This document shows, one piece after another, positions 58,934 to 64,000 of a DNA stretch of 64,000 nucleotides. Position 1 is the stretch's first letter; each line of letters starts with the position of its first letter. The position numbers and the translations under genes were made by a program. The notes below the pieces were generated by a model. It worked only from the letters and a program-made list of their open reading frames with translations, searched no databases and was not told the DNA's origin. Source of the stretch: an uncultured archaeon (GTDB lineage Archaea; Asgardarchaeota; Thorarchaeia; Thorarchaeales; Thorarchaeaceae); assembly GCA_964610875.1 (NCBI GenBank), contig CAZSWP010000002.1, positions 1 to 64,000 of the forward strand. Direction: 5' to 3'.

Positions 58934-58961
58934 GACATTAGTTTTAGAAATGGTGGTTAAT

Positions 58962-59948
58962 TTGACTACAGTGAAATTTGTAATTCCAAAGGGTCACCTC
59001 ACAGAGGAGAGCATTACACTACTGAGAGCCGCAGGCTACACAATACGTGGTGAAGATCGTACATACAAACCTACTATCAATGACCACCATATCGAGCTTA
59101 GGATTCTCAGACCACAAGAGATTCCAATCTTTGTGGAGGAAGGTCTCCAAGATATTGGAATCACAGGTCAAGATTGGATTGAGGAAACCAAAGCTGATGT
59201 TGTTGAACTTGCGAATCTGGGTTTTGGAACAGTCCGGCTTGTAGTGGCTGTACCCAAAGAGTGGGATGAGATCAACTCGCTTGAAGATCTTTTAGAAAAT
59301 AGAATTGCAACCGGAAAGCAACTCAGAGTGTCAACGGAGTATCTCAACATTGCAAAAAATGCTTTACTTTCTAATGAGGTCTATCAAACAAGTTTCCCAG
59401 GTCTGCAGCCACAGATCATCACACCATGGTGGAAATGCGGAAACAATGAACAGGTGGGAGTATATCTTTCATTCGGAGCAACCGAGGCAAAGACTCCACT
59501 CGCTGCCGATGCAATTGTTGAAGTTGTTGATACAGGTACGTCTCTCAAAAGGAATGGTCTGAAAATTATTCATGAAATCATGTCTTCGTCAGCAGTTCTC
59601 ATTTCGAATAGTAGCGTTCTCGAAAACCCTTCTTCAAGAGAAAAGGTCTATGATATCCTTACACTGCTGCGAGGAGTGATTGAGGGGAGAAGAAAGCTCC
59701 ACATTTTTGTAAATGTGCAGAAGAGAAACCTCAATGAACTCTTAGACAGACTTCCTGCACTCAAATGTCCAACAATATCAGAACTCTCAGACAGCGAGTG
59801 GGTGGCAGTCAATACTATCATTGACAGAGATGAGTACCTCATGATGATTCCGGAGTTAAGGAGATTAGCTCAAGGACTTGTTGTCTATGAACCTAGGCAG
59901 GTCCTCCCACTAGAAAAGGATCTTATCGGAGGCGAGTATATTGAGTAA
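58962..59948 (+). CDS. hisG: ATP phosphoribosyltransferase (long form)
   Basis: FVIPKGHL, LRPQEIP, DIGITGQDW, SFGATEAK, DTGTSLKRNGL, C-terminal regulatory domain; TTG start after GGTGGT SD (alternative ATG 58950). Confidence 0.92.
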   Translation: MTTVKFVIPKGHLTEESITLLRAAGYTIRGEDRTYKPTINDHHIELRILRPQEIPIFVEEGLQDIGITGQDWIEETKADVVELANLGFGTVRLVVAVPKEWDEINSLEDLLENRIATGKQLRVSTEYLNIAKNALLSNEVYQTSFPGLQPQIITPWWKCGNNEQVGVYLSFGATEAKTPLAADAIVEVVDTGTSLKRNGLKIIHEIMSSSAVLISNSSVLENPSSREKVYDILTLLRGVIEGRRKLHIFVNVQKRNLNELLDRLPALKCPTISELSDSEWVAVNTIIDRDEYLMMIPELRRLAQGLVVYEPRQVLPLEKDLIGGEYIE

Positions 59949-61248
59949 ATCTGCGGACCTCCATCTTGATATCCAGAGAGGGCTGTCCAAAAAACAGCTA
60001 GACGCTCGTAGAGTATCTACTAAATGGAAGAATGATGAAGAGTTTAAAATTGTTTCAAACATAGTAGAGTCTGTAAAAAGAAATGGGAATGCTTCTCTCT
60101 TTGAATTCACTGAAAAATTCGATGAGTTTCTCCTGGATGAAAAATCATTGAGAATATCGACCGATGAGATAAAGAGAAGTTACGAATATGTGAACAAAGA
60201 TGAGATCGAAGCCATCAAGGAAATAAAAAACAGACTTGAAATTGTATCACGCAAGCTTCTCGAAAGACTCTACATTGAAATCGATTTGGATGGTATCTCA
60301 ATCTCACAACGATATACAGCTCTGGAGAGTGTAGGCTGTTATGTGCCTGGTGGCAGAGCAGTATATCCAAGCTCACTGATTATGAGTGTAACACCAGGCA
60401 AATGTGCAGGTGTTGGCAGAATAGTTGTTTGTACCCCACCATCAGAACAAGGGTTTGTCAATCCTATCACACTTGTTGCAGCAGACATCTGTGAGGTAGA
60501 TGAAATCTATAGAATAGGTGGAGCTCAAGCAATTGCTACACTCGCATACGGTACCGAATCCATAGAACCGGTTGCTAAGATAGTGGGCCCGGGTAACAAA
60601 TACGTAACAGCAGCAAAACGCATTGTTTCACAAGATGTTCCAATAGACATGCCAGCAGGCCCTAGCGAGCTACTCATTCTGGCCGACGAAACCGCTGACG
60701 CAAAACTGGTCTGCTTCGACCTCATTTCACAAGCAGAACATGACCCAGACTCCAAGGTGTTTCTTATCACGGATTCACAGCAGCTAGCAGAGTCCGTTCG
60801 TCAGAATCTGATAGAAGCAGTAAAAGATGTTTCAAAACGGGAGATCATTAAAGCATCATTAGAGAAGCATGCCATTCTTTGTGTAGTAGATGCTATAGAA
60901 AGAGGTGTAGAACTTGCTAATGCAATCGCACCAGAACATTTGCAACTTGTCACCGATGATGATGAGAAATATGTAAGAGATCTTCAGACTTCAGGAATTA
61001 TACTGGTCAGTGATAACACCCCTGTTGCAGCAAGTGATTATAATCTTGGTACAAATCACATATTGCCAACTGACGGCTATGCACGAGTATATTCAGGTCT
61101 CTCAGTCTATGACTTTGTCAGACGCTTTCATACGGTAACATGCACGGATAGAGGTCTCAGGACTGTATCAGAAACAGCCAGACTTCTAGCAATCAAAGAA
61201 GGATTGCCAAACCACGCCCGTGCAATAGAAGGGAGGTTCAAGAAATGA
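59941..61248 (+). CDS. hisD: Histidinol dehydrogenase
   Basis: GCYVPGG, GGAQAIA, GPGNKYV, DMPAGPSE, QAEHD, APEHL, GTNHILPT. Confidence 0.95.
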   Translation: MSKSADLHLDIQRGLSKKQLDARRVSTKWKNDEEFKIVSNIVESVKRNGNASLFEFTEKFDEFLLDEKSLRISTDEIKRSYEYVNKDEIEAIKEIKNRLEIVSRKLLERLYIEIDLDGISISQRYTALESVGCYVPGGRAVYPSSLIMSVTPGKCAGVGRIVVCTPPSEQGFVNPITLVAADICEVDEIYRIGGAQAIATLAYGTESIEPVAKIVGPGNKYVTAAKRIVSQDVPIDMPAGPSELLILADETADAKLVCFDLISQAEHDPDSKVFLITDSQQLAESVRQNLIEAVKDVSKREIIKASLEKHAILCVVDAIERGVELANAIAPEHLQLVTDDDEKYVRDLQTSGIILVSDNTPVAASDYNLGTNHILPTDGYARVYSGLSVYDFVRRFHTVTCTDRGLRTVSETARLLAIKEGLPNHARAIEGRFKK

Positions 61249-62321
61249 TGAAGTCATCAAAGACCATGGATCTCGAGAGAGAAACGGTGGCATCTGTTTC
61301 GAGGGAATATGGTATTCCTATGAACGAGATTCTAAAGTTGGACATGAATGAGAATCTCTTTGTTCACAGAGCATTCCTTCGTCAAATCCTGCAGGATGTA
61401 GTCTTATATTCAGATCCGAGGTTCTATCCTATCAATCAAATCGATGAACTCAGGGTAATCCTTGCTAGTACAATAAATGTGCAAGATGAACAGATTCTGG
61501 TTGGTGCCGGTGGAGACCAGATTATCGACCTCATCTTTCGTGCTTTCAAAAAAGAACGAAGAAAAGTTGTAACTGTTGATCCCACCTTTTCTATGTATAA
61601 GAAATTGTGTGCAGCATCAGAAATAGAGATTTCATTCAGTAGATTGCAGCAGGACTTTTCCTTGAATCTTGATGAAATCCTTGATGATTTTAACTCTCAA
61701 GATTCTATTCTGATGCTCTGTTCACCCAACAATCCCACAGGCAATCAATTTCCACGAGAAACGATTCAAAGACTACTTGATAATTATCAGGGAACATTAG
61801 TCATAGATGAAGCCTATGTAGATTTTGCCAAATTTGACCTCACAAGAAATATCGATGGCAATGAGAAACTCATACTCATTCGCTCATTTTCTAAATCATA
61901 TGGTCTCGCTGGGCTTAGATTGGGATATATGATTTCATCATCAGAAACTATAGGGAGAATACAGAGAACTCTACAGCAACCATACCCCTGCTCAATGATA
62001 TCTATTGAAACGGCCATAAAGGTACTGCAAAAACAACCCTATTTTGATTCCTGCATTAAATACACGATTCAAGAGAGAGACAGGTTGTACAATGAACTGA
62101 ATAAGCTGCAGTCTGTACAACCGTTCGCTTCTGATACTAATTTCATTCTATTCTCAATCGAACAGAATTGGAGAGATGTAAAGAAAGCTCTCATGCAGAG
62201 AGGAATCATCGTAAGAGGCATTGGAGAAGTAGTGGGCTATCCTAATTGTCTACGAGTGACGGTTGGGCCAAGGCCAATGATGTATTTCTTCCTAGACTCT
62301 CTAAAGGAGGTGCTCTCTTGA
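61245..62321 (+). CDS. hisC: Histidinol-phosphate aminotransferase
   Basis: LDMNEN, SPNNPTG, DEAYVDF, RSFSKSYGLAGLRLGY. Confidence 0.93.
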   Translation: MMKSSKTMDLERETVASVSREYGIPMNEILKLDMNENLFVHRAFLRQILQDVVLYSDPRFYPINQIDELRVILASTINVQDEQILVGAGGDQIIDLIFRAFKKERRKVVTVDPTFSMYKKLCAASEIEISFSRLQQDFSLNLDEILDDFNSQDSILMLCSPNNPTGNQFPRETIQRLLDNYQGTLVIDEAYVDFAKFDLTRNIDGNEKLILIRSFSKSYGLAGLRLGYMISSSETIGRIQRTLQQPYPCSMISIETAIKVLQKQPYFDSCIKYTIQERDRLYNELNKLQSVQPFASDTNFILFSIEQNWRDVKKALMQRGIIVRGIGEVVGYPNCLRVTVGPRPMMYFFLDSLKEVLS

Positions 62322-62890
62322 GGACTGCTGAAATCAAACGCACAACCAGAGAAACCCAAGTAGAGGTTTCGGTTTCACTGGACGGGGATAAATCAGCTGA
62401 TATAACCACACCAATCCAGTTTCTCAATCATTTGCTTGAGATTCTGAGTTTCCATGGAGGAATCGGTCTTAGAGTGGAAGCTTCAGGAGACCTCGGTCAT
62501 CATATAATTGAAGATATTGCGTTAGTGTTGGGTGCTGCATTAGACAAGGCGCTTGGCGACCGGAAGGGAATCTATCGCTTCGGTGAAGCATGCGTACCAA
62601 TGGATTGCTCTCTAGCTTCCGTCAATCTTGACCTCGGGGGTAGACCCTATTCTGTTGTAAGATTACAGCTAGAACGCGAGATGATTGAGGATGTGGCATC
62701 TGAGGACATCCAGCATTTCATGGAGTCTTTAGCAACCGCATCGCGTGCCAATCTCCACATCAACGTGCAATATGGCAACAATGATCATCACAAGGTAGAG
62801 GCTGCTTTCAAAGCCCTCAGTCTTGCATTACGTAAGGCTGTTGCTGTAGACGGGAGAAGCAGAACTGCAAGCACAAAAGGAGTGATTTGA
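62318..62890 (+). CDS. hisB: Imidazoleglycerol-phosphate dehydratase
   Basis: RTTRET, HHIIED, PMD, NDHHKVEAAFKA, STKG; TTG start after GGAGGTG. Confidence 0.93.
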   Translation: MRTAEIKRTTRETQVEVSVSLDGDKSADITTPIQFLNHLLEILSFHGGIGLRVEASGDLGHHIIEDIALVLGAALDKALGDRKGIYRFGEACVPMDCSLASVNLDLGGRPYSVVRLQLEREMIEDVASEDIQHFMESLATASRANLHINVQYGNNDHHKVEAAFKALSLALRKAVAVDGRSRTASTKGVI

Positions 62891-62891
62891 G

Positions 62892-63494
62892 GTGAAGAGA
62901 GTAGCGATCATAGATTATGGTTATGGAAACCTGTTTAGTGTGAAGAATGCTCTTTCTTCAGTAAATCTCGAACCATTTGTTACGAACAACTCTAGTGACA
63001 TTACAACCGCCGACGCTGTCGTCATTCCAGGTGTCGGAAACTATAGCTACGCAGTGAAGGAGCTTGGTTCTTTCAGGAGTAGATTAAGAGAATTTGTGGA
63101 AAATGGTGGAACTGTATTTGGTATCTGTCTTGGACTACAACTTCTCTGTAGAGAGAGTGAGGAAGGAGAAGGCAAAGGGCTTTCTTTTCTGGATGCCTCT
63201 GTCAAGAAAATCAGCGCTGACATTGTTCCACACATGGGATGGAATTCATTATCACTTGAAAGCGACTCAGAATTGCTTGGACAAGTGATTGACGAGTCAT
63301 ACGTATACTTTGTGCACTCTTACTGTGTAGAACCAGTTAATTCCTCGATAGTAAGAGCAGTCACTTACTATGGAGAGAAAATAACCGCGGTTGTCGAAGA
63401 TGGCTCTTTACTTGGAACGCAGTTTCATCCAGAGAAATCTGGACCTGTTGGACTCCAGATATTAGACAACTTTGCAGGAATACTGAGGAGATGA
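62892..63494 (+). CDS. hisH: Imidazole glycerol phosphate synthase glutaminase subunit
   Basis: IDYGYGNL, PGVG, GICLGLQ, PHMGWN, YFVHSY, QFHPEKSG. Confidence 0.95.
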   Translation: MKRVAIIDYGYGNLFSVKNALSSVNLEPFVTNNSSDITTADAVVIPGVGNYSYAVKELGSFRSRLREFVENGGTVFGICLGLQLLCRESEEGEGKGLSFLDASVKKISADIVPHMGWNSLSLESDSELLGQVIDESYVYFVHSYCVEPVNSSIVRAVTYYGEKITAVVEDGSLLGTQFHPEKSGPVGLQILDNFAGILRR

Positions 63495-64000
63495 TAGAAG
63501 TGGACTTAATACCAGCTATAGATCTCCTTGATGGCAATGTAGTAAGACTTGTGAACGGGCTTCCAGAATATGCAACAGTCTATTATAAGCAAGACGAAGT
63601 ACAAAAGTGCATCTTTGAATTTGTCAACATGGGAATTGATTGTATCAATATCATAGACCTCAATGCCACATTGGGAACAGGTAGTAATCTTTTCTTAATT
63701 GAGGAGATTCTTCCAAAGCTGTCAGTTCAAGTGAATGTTGGTGGGGGAATCCATGACTATGAGTGTGCTGTGAATATTCTATCAAGTACATGTTCGAATA
63801 TAATAGTGGGTTCAATGGCCTTTGAGTCGCAAGAAGTTCTGGTAGATCTCATCGACGAGTATCAGGAACGAATCATAGTTGCTCTTGACTACAAGGGACA
63901 AGATATACTCACGAGAGGATGGAAACGGAACACGGGAGTGACCATCAAAAAAGCATTTGATATGTTTGAATCCATGGGAGTACAAAGCTTTCTCATAACA
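63491..64000 (+). CDS. hisA: ProFAR isomerase (partial, runs off window)
   Basis: MIEVDLIPAIDLLDGNVVRL...IIDLN...VGGGI...VALD..TRGW; open to the window end. Confidence 0.88.
   Translation, partial: MIEVDLIPAIDLLDGNVVRLVNGLPEYATVYYKQDEVQKCIFEFVNMGIDCINIIDLNATLGTGSNLFLIEEILPKLSVQVNVGGGIHDYECAVNILSSTCSNIIVGSMAFESQEVLVDLIDEYQERIIVALDYKGQDILTRGWKRNTGVTIKKAFDMFESMGVQSFLIT

Noticed and set aside
58734-58961. ~75-aa N-terminal extension of HisG in the ORF track
   Set aside because: HisG homology starts at TTVKFVIPKG; a GGTGGT SD precedes TTG 58962; the track's ATG lies within the TATA box and the extension coincides with the structured leader
1-64000. CRISPR arrays, tRNA/rRNA genes, transposases/integrases
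   Set aside because: No regularly spaced repeats, cloverleafs, rRNA signatures or recombinase motifs seen by eye

Overview
Gene-dense (~40% GC) archaeal chromosome segment, most consistent with an Asgard archaeon (Thorarchaeia-like). The evidence is two gelsolin-domain proteins, a strongly Rab-like GTPase, a Vps62-like protein, membrane-anchored Ig-like surface proteins, a tetraether synthase, archaeal TATA/GGTG-type signals and an archaeal ThrRS editing domain. Metabolic content: 2-oxoacid dehydrogenase E1a/E1b/E2, LplA, POR, IOR, AOR, a complete C50 (bacterioruberin-type) carotenoid gene set, galT-galK-GH38, thyX, a NitT/TauT ABC transporter and the start of a his operon. I found no rRNA, tRNA, CRISPR array or transposase. 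Top candidates for novelty: (1) two homologous promoter+structured-RNA units in tandem directly upstream of hisG, each with mutually exclusive pairings (riboswitch/attenuator-like); (2) a 7-bladed FG-GAP propeller + Ig/GAE-like domain + linker + Rab GTPase fusion reminiscent of BBSome/KICSTOR subunits; (3) a tetraether synthase (Tes) homologue directly downstream of crtB-crtI, divergent from crtD-lyeJ...cruF; (4) four tandem TrmB-like regulators with phased upstream repeats and an adjacent structured RNA. Also noted: two unannotated Cys-rich microproteins, a three-hairpin small RNA, ubiquitin-like proteins with extensions after GG, a degenerate Hef/FANCM-like helicase and a frameshifted surface-protein remnant. 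All family assignments come from motif recognition by eye, not database searches.
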